64,000 nt of DNA from Antedon mediterranea (lineage: Eukaryota; Animalia; Echinodermata), in NCBI RefSeq assembly GCF_964355755.1, contig NC_092674.1, positions 13,578,001 to 13,642,000 of the forward strand, in the 5' to 3' direction. Positions 12,164-25,649 of this stretch are shown piece by piece. A model generated the notes under the pieces. It saw only the letters and a program-made list of their open reading frames with translations. It was not told where the DNA came from and did no database searches. Made by a program: the position numbers and the translations under genes. Within the stretch, counting starts at the first letter, position 1. Each line of letters begins with the position of its first letter.

Positions 12164-14209
12164 CAAAAAAAAACAAACAAAAACAGCTATTTTGTGGAGG
12201 TTTTTTCAATGTAACTTTCTTATAAATTGACCGATTTTTATGGCTGTTTCGACATTGTAATGCCTAATTGAGTACCTACAATGTCATGTTATTTTTAATT
12301 GTTAAAATAACTTTAAACGTCGTCGGCATTGATTTTTAAAGTTAGACGATTTGAAAATTGTGTTAAAGAATAGGCTTGTTTTGTCAATTTGTACATAAAC
12401 GTTTATAACGTTTGACCTAGTTATCCAATGATATTGGCTGTTCCACCATGCAAAAGCTAATCAATCAATCACGAAATGTAAGAGTTATTATCCCTTATTT
12501 TTAATATGTTAAATGTATTTAAGATTAAGGTACAGGATTCTTTATATAAGTAGTTTTAAAACACTTGGTTTATTTGAAAATCACCAGCGTGGCTTTGCCG
12601 TATTGGTGGACTCGTCCATTTTACTAATATGAATAGGATTGTAGCACATTTATATAAAACGTTGAATTTGACCTATACGGTTTCCATTTCTGTTTTCTAA
12701 TGTAAAATTAAAATTATATTATTAGTATCTCTATGTAATATAATCACATTGTACTATACTAGTTAGCATCTACATACCGTTATACTGCACTTTGTTTTGA
12801 TGATTTTTTAATGAAATTGTATACACAGGGAGTTGGTATACCATTGGTTCTACTAAAATTATTATTACTTTTATTTGTTTGTGCAATATTTGAAGATTGC
12901 TACACAAATAGAAATAATTTAAATATAATATATTTAACAGATTAAGTGTACGCACTATGCCTATGGAACAGATTACATATCGGACGTAGTTTAGTATGAC
13001 ACATCTGATATTCTATTATTATAATTATTTTGTTTTATTTATTGTAATGCGCCGTGCTCTTTATATCTTTGATTGTATATTGTTTTTCAATAAGCGTGCG
13101 GAGGATTCAGGTAATTTCTCTTAGTATTAAAGCGTAACACCGCGGCTTTAAAATGTATATTGCTTATTATAAAATATAAACCTTTTAATCAACATTGGTA
13201 TAACCGTCCCTAATTTTAGACAGCACTCAGGCAAAAGTTTAGTAGCTTCTTTAAAAAAAAGTTGTTCTATAAGACAATACTACAGTCTGTACGCGTGTGA
13301 AGTGGAACTAATTCGCCTTTAAATACTAGTTTTAAAATATCATATTTAATTAACCTTTTAAATAGCTGATAATCAAAGATGTGCGCGCGTGCAAATTAAC
13401 AATAGAAATTAATATTTATTTACAGAAGCTAACATTATGTTTTCTATTCAAAAAACGTTGTTGTTATGGAACACAGTAAGTGATGGTGTAACTTCACACT
13501 AACGATATATTGAAACATTATATTAATTAGTCTCCTTTACATAGACCTTGGTCATATGCGATGATTTGAAATTCAGATAATTTTAGTATTGATATTATGT
13601 TACTGAGGTGTAGTAGTCTGCTACATGCAATGTGGATTGTTAAACATTTTAATTTATTGATGATACAAAGTACATTATTATTGTAATCGAATTAGTCATG
13701 ATATACGATGAATTTAAATCAGTGTTTGCATAATGTTATGAGGTATAGTGGTATTATATTATTATTGTAACCGAATTAACATTTTTAATGTTTTATAGAA
13801 TACAAATACTGGTACGTAATGTCCGACACTCCACACTAAACATGACCATGCATTTAATACTAAACATTGTATTACATTACATGTCAGAATGTTATGACTT
13901 ACTTTGTATCGAAACTATACTGAATGACCAAAAGAAGACATAGACTGTTGTCAAATCATATCATTAATCATTATCAATCATATTAGACCCAACCCTAAGT
14001 AATATGAAAGCAATATTTAGAAAATAAATATTATATCTATAATCCGAATGTGGATATTGGTATTGTAATATATTCATATTAGCAATTTAACGACTGGATT
14101 GGAGACTAATAAAGAAGTTCTACAAGATGGCTGAACATTAGCACATGGTCTGATTTCTTAGTGAAATACTTAGTGTAATCATTCATTCCCAGAGCACAAT
14201 ATACAACAT

Positions 14210-14219
14210 TGGCGACGAG
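14210..14219 (+). promoter_or_regulatory. Primer-binding site, complementary to the tRNA-Ser(GCT) 3' end
   Basis: TGGCGACGAG one base after the 5' LTR; tRNA assignment from recalled tRNA-Ser 3' sequence CTCGTCGCCA. Confidence 0.7.
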
Positions 14220-14263
14220 AATTGTGGATAAGTGAACTCCGTGAATATTATAAGTAAGCAATA

Positions 14264-17200
14264 ATGTCTAAATTTGACATATCGGTGGAGTATTTTGATC
14301 CAACCATACAAGAATGGGCGAGATGGATCGCCAGGTTTGATAACTACTTGGTGGCGGCGAACGTGACTGCTGACGTAAGGAAGAGAGCACTACTGCTACA
14401 CTTCATTGGCCCTGGTAACTTTAACACATTTGAAATGCTACCAAATAAAGGTACGACATACGTACAGGCAAAAGAAGCTTTAAAAAATTACTTCTTACCA
14501 TCATCGGACAGTGAATTTGAAAGATCGAAATTTAGAAAGTTACAGCAAAATAAAGGTGAGAGCATTGACGTGTATCACATTAGACTACGTGAACAAGCTA
14601 AGTGTGATTTCCATGATATCAGTGGAGAGATTAAATCACATATTATTCAATCGACAACAGATTCTAAGCTAAGACAATTTGGTTTGAAAACGGGTGGATG
14701 TACATTAGATGAGTTACTTCTACATGGTAGGACAAATGAACTAACAACTAAACAATCTAATGAAATGGAGAACGGTGATAATACTAGTAGTAGTATGCCT
14801 AGTCGTAGTGGCGAGACTAAGGCAGATCATTCAGTTAATAAAATAACTCAAGCGAAGCAATGTAATAAGTGTGGTTCTACACCAGGCCATACCGCTTCAC
14901 AGTGTCCAGCTAGCAATAGAATATGCTATCGTTGTTCAAGAGTAGGACATTACGCAACACAGTGTTATTCAAAGAGTAGGCCTACACACAAGAGAAATTC
15001 TTCACGTGGTAGAAACAACCAGCGACATAACGACCAAAGTTCACGCGGTGGTAATAGAAGACGCGGTAATCAAACAGGAAGAGCACGAGCTAAACGTGTC
15101 AATCAAACAGAACGAGGGTTCTCAGATGATAGCGACAGTGATCATTCAATGTTTGTATTAAGTAATAATAAGATAGATAGAAGTCATTTCAAAACCATTT
15201 TAAACGTAAATGATGTTAATCTTGAAATGCTAATTGATACTCAAGCTGATGATACTATAATGTCTATTGATACCTACAACAAATATTTTAGTCATATTAA
15301 CATTGACCCAGATGTTATTCCTCTTAAAACATACAGTGGTGAGAAACTTAAGTTAATTGGAAAAATTAAGTGTAAAGTTGTTGACAAACAAAATGTCATA
15401 CACTATCTGAGTGCTAACGTAGCTGACTATAAAGCTAAACCGACTTTACTTGGTGTAGATTGGCTTAATGTGGTTAAACTAGACTGGTCAAAAATAACCC
15501 AAAACTTAAATTCCAGAAATGTAAATAGTCTGCAAAAATATAAAGGTGTAAATTTGAGAGATAATTCTCAGTTACAGGCATTGTTAAAAGAACATGCACA
15601 ATTGTTTGAGTCTGATAAGAAAGGTATTACAGGAGAAAAAGTTCATATTAACATGAAACAAAATGTTCAACCCATATATTGTAAAGCTAGATTTGTACCA
15701 TATGCAATGAAATCTAAAGTAGAAAGAGAGTTGGTTAGATTAGAAAATGAACATGTACTAACGAAAGTAGAAAAATCAAATCGGGCATCAACTATAGTAG
15801 TGGTTCCTAAATCCGACGGTACTGTTAGAATTTGTGGGGACTATAGTGTTACCATAAACCAACATGTAACAGATGAAGAATACAGCTTACCCAGTCCTGA
15901 TGATTTGTACTCTGAACTTTCAGGAAAACGTGTATTTACAAAGCTTGACTTATCACATGCGTACACACAGTTGAATATTGACGAAGAGAGTAAAGAGTTT
16001 GTAACTATAAACACACACAAAGGTCTATATACGTTTAACAAACTGCCGTATGGAATTAAACCTGCATCAAAGCTGTTCCAAAAACAAATGGATAAGATGT
16101 TAACAGGGATTGAATGTTGCTTATGCAATCAAGATGATGTTTTGATCCATACGAAAACCGAAGCCGAGAACTTAAGAGTATTAGACACTGTATTTAAACG
16201 TTTCAAAGACAACAATGTAAAACTAAAAACTTCCAAGTGCAAATTTTTGGAAAGCGAAGTAGTGTATTTGGGATTGCGAGTCGATAAACATGGTATATCT
16301 CCGGTTGATAGCAAAATCAAACCGATTAAAGAGGCTCCGCAGCCACAAAACACCAAACAACTAAGATCCTTCCTAGGGATGGTGCAGTTCTATTCGAAAT
16401 TCTTACAGAACTTATCTACAGTGTTGAAACCATTAAATACACTGTTGAAAGATGACGTAGAGTGGGAATGGACAGCGGATCACCAAAACGCATTTGACTG
16501 GTGTAAGAAACAACTAACTTCAGATTTGTGTTTAACACATTATGATGTAAAGCGACCATTAATGTTGTGTACTGATGCTAGTCCTTATGGCATAGGTGCT
16601 GTTATTTCGCACATAATGGATGATAGTACAGAGAGACCCATTCATTACGCATCGCGAACGCTAACAAAGAGTGAACAAGGTTATGCACAGCTCGAGAAGG
16701 AAGCGTTATCAATTATTTATGGAATCAAGCGCTTTAACAAGTATCTTATAGGTCGAAAATTTACGATTCGTACGGACCACAAACCATTAACTAAGATACT
16801 AGGTCCAACCACCGAGGTGCCGGTAGTGGCAGCTAGTAGAATCCAACGGTGGGCGTTACTACTTAACGAATACAACTACGAAATAGAATACATACGTTCA
16901 GAGGATAACGCAGTGGCAGACGCATTATCGCGCTTACCACATAAAGAAGAAACCCAACAACTTGAACATGCGATCTACAGTATCAGTATTGATGAAGACT
17001 TTCCAATCAAAGCAGATGAAATTGAACGAAAGACTATTAAAGATGAAACTTTAAGTAAGGTACTTAATTATATAAAGCAAGGATGGCCTAATGAGTCTGC
17101 ATGTAAATTCTAAGTGAAAATAATAGTTTGAAACCATTTGTACAGAGAAAGCTTGAGCTAACATGTGTTGGAAATTGCCTATTATGGGGTCCTAGAGTTA

Positions 17201-18177
17201 TTATTCCTACTGAATTACGAGATAAAATGCTAACAGAATTACATTGGGAACACCCTGGAATTTGCCAGATGAAGGCAATTGCCCGATCATACCTGTGGTG
17301 GCCTAAGCTTGATCTAGATATTGAGAATATGGTTAAGAGTTGTAATCCATGCCAAAGTGTTAGGAGTAGTTTACCTACCACACCACTTATTCCTTGGAAA
17401 TGGCCAACTAGACCATTCCAGAGAATTCACATTGATTTTTGTGAGAAGGATAAAGATAATTTCTTAGTGTTAATTGATAGTCACTCAAAGTGGTTAGAGG
17501 TAGTTCATATGAAAACAACCACAAGTACTAGAACCATTGAGGAACTAAAACTAATATTTGCACGTTTCGGTTTACCCGAGGAAATTGTTTGTGATAACGG
17601 TCCTCAGTTTGCAAGTACAGACTTTAAAATATTTTGCCAAAATAATGGTATTGCATTAACGTTTTCACCTGTTTATCATGCACCCACAAATGGGGCTGCC
17701 GATAGATCGGTTAGAGTAATTAAAGAGGCGTTAACAAAACAAGTGATTGAAGGCAAAAAGGATAATATCAAAGTTAGACTAGCTAACTTTTTATTCAGAT
17801 ACAGAATGACACCTCATACAACTACTAAGTGTACACCATCTGAATTATTTCTGAAAAGAAATTTAAGAACAAGACTGTCATTAGTAAATCCTAGTTTAGC
17901 AGAACGAATAGAATGTAAACAATATAGCCAAAAACTACATAAAGATCCTAAAACACAATCAGAAAGAATCTTTTCAGTGTCAGACAAGGTAAAAGTGAAA
18001 AACATGAGAACACAAGGTAAAGGACAAGATAAATGGCTAAATGGCATAGTAATAAAGGTATTAGGTCCAAGAAAGTATGAAGTTAAAATAGGACGATTGG
18101 TTAAAATAATACATCCTAATCACATGATGTTGGATACCACATCTGATGTAAAGAGAGAGAAAGAAAAAGGGAAATAA
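14264..18177 (+). pseudogene. Gypsy gag-pol, frameshifted between RNase H and integrase
   Basis: ORFs 14264..17113 and 17128..18177 are in different frames; motifs DTQA, NQDD, TDAS, HWEH..C..C, DNGPQF. Confidence 0.85.
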
Positions 18178-21100
18178 GATGTAATCATTATATAGTTAAT
18201 TTGAATCTAGAAGATATTGTTTTTGGTATATGCATTATGTTTATTGTTACTTAGTTTTAGAATGTTATGTTAGATAGCCATACTATAATCAATACCTGTA
18301 TCACTTGACTCAATTTAAAAGAAGGAAGTAATGTAATATATTCATATTAGCAATTTAACGACTGGATTGGAGACTAATAAAGGAGTTCTACAAGATGGCT
18401 GAACATTAGCACATGGTCTGATTTCTTAGTGAAATACTTAGTGTAATCATTCATTCCCAGAGCACAATATACAACAGGTATAATATGAATAATTAAACGA
18501 CTTTCTCTCTGGGCTTCCGAATTAAGTGAAGTAGACATTATTTTATTATGACGTACATTAGTAACGTTTTACCGCTACTTTTAATGAAGATAATCATGTA
18601 ACTACTAATCACCAGATGTAAACAACAAACGCAGCGCACCAGAGGCCGTTTGGATCCGACGAAGAGGAACCCAACCCATCAACAGAGACGAAGGCGCCCA
18701 TCAGACACGTGAATGAACCTGTCATTTCTTCTGAAAGATCTGTCCGAGCAGGACAGCGAAATTCCCAAGCAGGTTAGTTTCACTAATTGTTTTTTTTTCC
18801 GAAAATAATTAATACATTTCACATGCCGTATCGTTACATAAAATGCAGAGTGTACATAATCTCCGCGAAGCCATATTAGTTATGTCATTAACATGCATAC
18901 TAGTCTAGGACAAATATCTGAAAAGAGGCCTAGAAATCAAGATAATAATAATAATATTAATAAGATAGGGGAAGTGGAATGCTACAGGCAGCCAACATAG
19001 CCAAATATTCTATTTAATCTCTTCTGATCACTCTAAGCTTTGTTGACACAATGTTTTGCCTAGACTATAGTCGTCTTATACTAATACCGGTACGTGTAAT
19101 TTTCACATGATATTACGCTTTTCCGCTAGACAACATCGACCAAAAATCTCATCCCCTCCCCTTAAAACTCATGTCTACTATTCTGTTGTACCATGATACC
19201 ATGATACATTTCAACAAACATTCTTGTTTTGAAGATGTCGATATCTTGTCACCTCTGCTTATCATTACTGTCTCAAAATAATCCACGTCAACATTGGCAA
19301 ATGGTGGGGTACCGCATGTTTTGACTTATTTTTCTCTTTTCCTTTATATTTAACTAGCAATTATACCCGCCCCAAGCCGGGTTTCAAAATTAGTTTAAAG
19401 CCTTCTCTGTACATAACACCCGACGCCAGTATCTCCGTATACGCACCAACCTCCACCCCTTAATAACACCCCACACTCTTTCCAGTGAAGGACAAATTCA
19501 ATTAAACTTTAGCTTCAAATTGAGAGGGCATACATAATAGCTATGATAGGCATATGGCTTAAGTACGTTGTAAACTATGTAAATGAGTAGGTGTTATATT
19601 GGCTGATAATTAAAATATATAATGTTGATACTGCGGTCCCCCGGTCTTCTTTCTCCTCTTACCATCGCAGCCGCAATTAACAAACCTTATCTCCTCCCCT
19701 GGACAGTTCAAATATAGGCCTAGTAAGTTTTCGTAGTACAATTCAATCATATAGGCCTAGGCTACTTCATTACGCCAGTATTTTCGCTCCTCTTCCCAAC
19801 CCACCCCAGAAACCGGGTAATGTTTTTAAGACGGTTCCAGTACAAATTATTTTAGCCATCACACCCAACCCATAATCCCTCAGTGGCAGTTTTCAAATGT
19901 AGTTTAAAACATTCCCAGTTTCGGTCATGGTGATAGGCCAACATCCCCACCCAAAAATCCCAGCCGTTTCCCAGGAATAATTAAATACTGTAACATTTTC
20001 CCTCCACAATTCTGGTCAATTTGATAGGCTACTATTCTTAGCCTAAGCAAAATCCCCACTATCCCCAACGCGATTTTTTTTTCGTACATAAGTTGGGGAC
20101 CCCCTCATGAAACGTCACAATATAAACATGAATAATTCATCAGTTAAATTTTCTTGCTCCGTGTGCACCCAAGCGTATAAAAGAATAGCGGCGTTTTGTG
20201 TGGAATTTTGAAATAATCTGTCATTAGTTTTTTTTTTTTTTTAATAGAATTTATTACTAAAGAATTACGTGTTAAAATTATAGTTTCTATTAATACTATT
20301 AGGCCTAATCATTAGTCTCGAAAATGCCGGTCAGATATACAAAAAAAGTTACAAGGAATAAATTAGCAATTGTCAACTGCATACTCATCCATCAAACTAG
20401 CCGCCATCGAGAAAATATTCAATTCCATGAATCTTATGAGGGTTATTTTTTTAGGAACAATAGTACTTGTTTTATTTGTTTTGGCAATTAATGCAATTAA
20501 AGCGTAATTAATTCGTCTTATTCCATTTGGAATACTACGTCCTGTAAAATGAATGTAGAATGTTCAGATTTGTTAATTTAAAATTATATTATAATACAGA
20601 ATTGTATATTATTTCAAATGTTCTGGTGGCTTCCATGCATGCGGCTTTTAGCCTTAATGGAAGTCCTTTTGTATATATTTTGCTTTGTATTTTTTTTTTA
20701 TGGATGAAATAAACTGACTTGTGTGACTGGTATCTCGCCGCCTTTCCACGTATCATTTTATCGCATTCCATCATATTACTATTGAAACCGAATTTAAACA
20801 TTTTAACAAGCTTTTTGTGATGGTCACAAAATGCTAAGATACATTAAAAGAACGCTCATCGCCAGATCTATGTATAGTAATCAGAAATATTCAAACAAAA
20901 ATGATGTTGTTGTGACGTCGTTGGTGGGTGTTAGTAGGTGTGGCGGCGTTCATTCGGGGAGGCATTTGTTGGTAACATTTTGTAATAAAATAGATTCCCC
21001 TAGATATGAACAAGTACAACACCGTATTTGATATTATCAAGAAGTGATAACAGCTAAAAGTTGTATGAAAATGCTTGGTAAATAAATATGATATAGCAGT

Positions 21101-21509
21101 CAATGAATTATTCAACAAGTATAATTGTGTTTGTTTATAATACAATATTGTGTGCATAAATGTACGGCGGGCCGTTTATTAGAGGGTGGAGGCTTGATAT
21201 TTCAAAGATGTTTTTTTGGGGAGGAGGCGTTTATTCAAATAAATGCGGTAGGCTTAATTGGTATAATCAATACATTATTTAGTTCAAATCAAACACCAAA
21301 TAATGAAAATCATCAGTGAACTGTTTCGGCATAAGGAAAACGTTCTAAACGGCTTGCAACATTGGTTAAACCACTCCGTGTCTCAATGGCGATACAGTAC
21401 ATGCAGAGTATCAGAACGTACCAGTTCCAGAAACGGATGAAATACGAATTTAATTAAGTATTAAAGCAAACATAACAACGGACGATGATTAATTGATAGT
21501 TGTCCCACT

Positions 21510-22130
21510 ACACAAATACAAGGACCTGGAAAATCCAGCAAACTATCGCCCAATTACTCTATTATCCATTTTTTGTTAAAATATTTGAAAGAGATTGGGT
21601 AGAATAAGAGAATGGGTAGAAATGAAACAAATTATATCAGAGGAACAGGCGGGCTTTAGGAAAAAGTATAGTACGATTGATAATGCTTTTATACTTCAAA
21701 CTATAATCAATAAAGCATTACAAAAAAAGAGGAAAACGCTATAGTGTGTTTGTAGATTTTAAACAGGCTTTTGATCGTGTGGATAGATCAATTTTAATAA
21801 ATTAAATAAGTTAAACCTTCTTGTAAACTTAATTGAACTCTTGATATCTATGTACACGAACACTGAAATAAAAATGAAAACGCTGCATGGTTTAACAGAT
21901 GCAATAGAATGTAGTATAGGATTAAAGCAAAGATGTCTCCTCTCTCCACTTCTTTTCACTCTTTTTATATGATTTTAAAGACATTTTAAAGACGAAAAAT
22001 AACCACTACTGTTTAATAGATAACAATGTAATTTCACACTTATTATTTGCAGATGATCTAGTTTTGTTTTCCTATTCTAAAGTTGGTCAACAAAAGCAAA
22101 TAAATTGTCTTGTAAAATATTGCAATGTAA
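21510..22130 (+). mobile_element. Degenerate non-LTR RT fragment (RTE/L2-like)
   Basis: Frameshifted NYRPITLL, EEQAGFRK, VDFKQAFD, LSPLLF and LLFADD motifs. Confidence 0.8.
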
Positions 22131-22316
22131 ATAAGTTTTTTTTTCTCTTTTGTGGCGTTAACCACTATTTTATTCATTTCATTCTCAAATGATCAATACA
22201 ATGATTTTACACTTCATCCAAATATATATTCCCTTGTTATTCTGTTCTGTTATTTTCTTGTACTTTCTTTTATCTTTAGTACGATTTGATCGAAACAATT
22301 CGGTCAAATATATATA

Positions 22317-22790
22317 TCACAGATTTCCTCATCTTTATCGTTTCAAATTAATTAATTAAATTTCAGTATATCACCGGGCGGTTTAGAATTACTGTTCATT
22401 GCCTAATGTGTTTATATATATAAAAGTATCTCTTCGGAGATCCCGCCTCGTGAATAAAAATACTGAAAGATGAGGGCGTATCAATTTGATCTCTGTTGCG
22501 CGTGCGTACAACTGAGGACTAGTGCTGTTCCGCCGTACCACGCCGAGAATGTTAAAGAGTCGCTATCCAATCGAGTTTGAACAATACCATGAAAGCCCCA
22601 GTAGTCTAATGGCTAGGACATCTGCATATCAAGCAGGCGGTCCGAGTTCGAGTCTCGGTTGGGGCGACTTTTTCTCATTCTCACAGATTTCCTCATCTTT
22701 ATCGTTTCAAATTAATTAATTAAATTTCAGTATATCACCGGGCGGTTTCGAATTACTGTTCATTGCCTAATGTGTTTATATATATATATA
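22317..22790. mobile_element. Non-autonomous element with about 105-bp direct repeats in a (TA)n tract, enclosing a tRNA-like gene
   Basis: 22317-22422 and 22681-22786 identical except one base; both ends abut TA microsatellite. Confidence 0.75.
22595..22666 (+). tRNA. tRNA-like gene with complete cloverleaf, anticodon ATC (nominally Asp); probably repeat-borne
   Basis: Acceptor GCCCCAG/TTGGGGC, D stem GTCT/GGAC, anticodon stem TCTGC/GCAGG with loop ATATCAA, T arm CCGAG-TTCGAGT-CTCGG; T5 terminator at 22669-22673. Confidence 0.7.
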
Positions 22791-24083
22791 TTACACAAAA
22801 ATAACATTAATTTCATAATAAAATAAATTCCCCTAGATATGAACAAGTACAACACTGTATTTCGTATTATCAATAAGTGATAACAGTAAACAATTGTATG
22901 AAAATAATTGTTAAATAGATATAACAGTTAATCAATTATTCAACATAATATAATTATATTTGTGTTATAATAATACAGAATTGTGTGTATAAATATATGT
23001 GGGTAGCGTGGCGTTTATTAAAGGGTGGAGGTTGAATATACCAAAGATGTTTTATGGGAGAGAGGGCGTTCGTATCTCGGGTCTCAACGGCGATAAATGC
23101 AGATAGCGCGCAACCTGTTCAAATCTAACATCAACTCAACAACTCGGCTACCATTCGGCTATATCGAGATTTTACCTGATTTAAAATACATATATGATTA
23201 TAGCTATAATCAGTTCTCCTGATGTAGGCATATACCCCGTTTTTGATATTTAAAATTGTATATACTGATTTTAAAATTTACCCGCAATATAATTCGATGA
23301 TGTTTTAAAATAGTTGATCGTTTTTTTGCACAAAAAAAATGTGATGTGCCCATATATGGACATGATGATGTCATATAATTACCAAATTACCACATTTTGG
23401 GCACACTAATGTTATAGTGTAGACAGCTTGGAATGTTACGCGTGGCCGTAAAAAAAGCAAAACAAACATTGGAGGGGAGCAAAAACTCGGAAGTCGCAAA
23501 ATAGTATTAGTGAAATGCGTAATAACAATGCAGTAATATTTATTAATTCATAAAGTTTATGAAATAATCAAACTAAAATAATTATTACAAAGTGCGACAG
23601 ACAGTTATTACAAAGTGCGACAGCTCGATTACTACAAGTGCGACACAGTACAAACGGGGTTTACAGATAGTAATTATATGCGATGTGTCTTTTTTAAGAC
23701 TGTACTTATCAGGAATGGACCCTATTTGTGTCCTTTCTTGCGTTTCGGGATCATTAATTTGAAAATAATATTAAGTTCTGTGGTGAGATCTTACTTGGAG
23801 ATTCAGGGCTTTAAATGACTGCGACTTAAAAACTGTCTTTGATTTATCTTACTTCCCAATGTCAAGATTAACATTGATGAGGCAGCGTTGTTCCGAATTA
23901 CGTGAGGGGTACCGTGCAGTTCTCGACAATACAGTCATCCTCACTACAAAGAGGCCTAAATTGGTTCATTTAGGTATGTTATTACTGATACGCCCTTTAA
24001 AAATTGTAAAATTAGCACTTTGTTTTAATCACACTGAATTATATACTGTAGTACATATTATTATTAATGTTTGTAGCACTTAC

Positions 24084-24182
24084 ATTCGTCTGAAGATCCA
24101 AATTAGCACCTGCCTTGAGCAAAATAGTGCAAACATCCGTTAGCCCGTTTAGTGCAGCCACATATAAAGGTGACGTTCCATT
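24084..24182 (-). CDS. Ankyrin-repeat exon E4: NGTSPLYVAALNGLTDVCTILLKAGANLDLQTN
   Basis: Hand-translated (not in ORF track); 99 bp, cag/gtaagt, open frame. Confidence 0.9.
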
Positions 24183-24964
24183 CTGAAATATTACAAACAT
24201 TATGTTATAGTATTTTTTACTCTAAACAAAGTATTATAATATTGTCCTGCAATCAATACGATGTAATCAATTAAAAATAACGTTATAGATTTAAATAATC
24301 CTAATAATAGAGGGCTAAAATCACGCATTATGGCTATGCACGATATTTTTTGGCGTTCCAGATAATTGTATTTTATTGTTTACGTGTTTTAATATTATTT
24401 ATGATTTTCAGACAAATTTTAAAAGCTTATATGCATGAAAATAGTCATCGTCTAAATCAAATGTCAACTGTATACGTGAAGCATAATTTTATTGGATTGT
24501 TGTATTGTACTGTATTATATTGTTAAAACAATACATTTCAGTTTCAACTTATCCTTACATACATAAACTTGGTTCTTAATTGATATGACAATCCTTATTG
24601 CAGCTTAAAAGAAGCTATACTGGTATTGAGCGCAGTAACATCTGACAAACGGCGGGCTTTGATAACTGCTGTAAAATCAAGAGGGGCTAAATTTGAACCA
24701 GAACACTGGCTTAACCCGATATTAATCACGAAAGATGCCCTGGATTATTTATCATCATGTTTTAAATCAGATGTAATTAGAATTTTATAAACCTCAGCTT
24801 CATCCCTATTTCTAGATAAATGCCATTCATACTCATTGAGAGTTGGCTGGTTTATTTAGCAGAAACCAGATATCCTTTAACTTGCATCAGCTTAAACTTA
24901 TTATAGTTTGACCAAAATTATGCAAAAATCCCTCCTACTCCCCTTGGGAGTTTTCTGCCGCTAG

Positions 24965-25489
24965 TTAGACCTCCTCCAAGGCAATTATTGTTATTGATTA
25001 TACGAATTACGTAATTAGTTAGCTTAGCAATGATCTATGCCTCAAAAGCTCGGACGAGTTAGAATTTTGAGGGGAAAGGTCATAGGTCAATGTCACAACT
25101 AACAAAAAACTATTTTACTGCCTAGAGACCACAGTTGTTATCCAATTCTCACTAAATTTAGCCACAATGATCAATGATTCATCATATAATTGTGGTTAAA
25201 TTTTGAAGAGTCAGGGTCAAAGATCAAGGTCCACAAAAAACAACAAAAAAAGAAATAAAAAAAATAATAAAAAAAAAACCTCGGTGGGACTTCAACTGTG
25301 AGAGGCTGGATACATAATCAATACACCAAACTTTCATCCACAACTTTGCAGTGTGCAGTTAGCCTATTTACACTTAGAACTAATAAAAAAAAATTAAAAA
25401 AAAATATATATATATATTTTCCAGAGACATTTTATGTAGGGGAATGTTACAGTAGGCGGAGGTTTGTACTCTCAGAGTACCCTCTAGTT
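24965..25489 (+). mobile_element. Helentron-type non-autonomous element (HINE/pearl-like); paralogous copy at 30152-30668
   Basis: Subterminal inverted repeat acctcctcc / ggcggaggt, 3' hairpin gtactctcagagtac, ends ctagtt; internal ggtcaaggtca motifs. Confidence 0.6.
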
Positions 25490-25601
25490 GGAACTGTTAT
25501 TTGTAATAGTACAGGCCTAATTTAAATGCAGAAGCTCACATTAAGTTTACGTCGTTGTACCATTGTTTCCTGATAATTGGAATGTAATCAGTTTTTATTA
25601 A

Positions 25602-25649
25602 AGTGATTTCTGATTTGACAAATTAAATTTGTCAAAATCAGAAATCACT
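25602..25649. repeat. Near-perfect palindrome (22-23 bp arms); copy at 30777-30832
   Basis: agtgatttctgatttgacaaat-taa-atttgtcaaaatcagaaatcact. Confidence 0.85.

Larger units (their letters stand above)
14064..18476 (+). mobile_element. Full-length Gypsy LTR retrotransposon (Mag-like)
   Basis: 145-bp TG..CA LTRs (14064-14208, 18332-18476) with one mismatch seen; GGTAT 5-bp TSD; PBS TGGCGACGAG at 14210; purine tract 18317-18331; gag with two CCHC knuckles, PR, RT, RH, IN. Confidence 0.96.

Noticed and set aside
12170-13030. Degenerate ankyrin exon expected before the partial cassette at 13030-14063 (also before 3185)
   Set aside because: No trace of the exon or its splice flanks; these appear to be exon-less partial duplications
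22270-22560. Hammerhead ribozyme near the tRNA-bearing element
   Set aside because: CTGAGGA and CGAAAC motifs occur but not in an order and pairing I could fold into a hammerhead core
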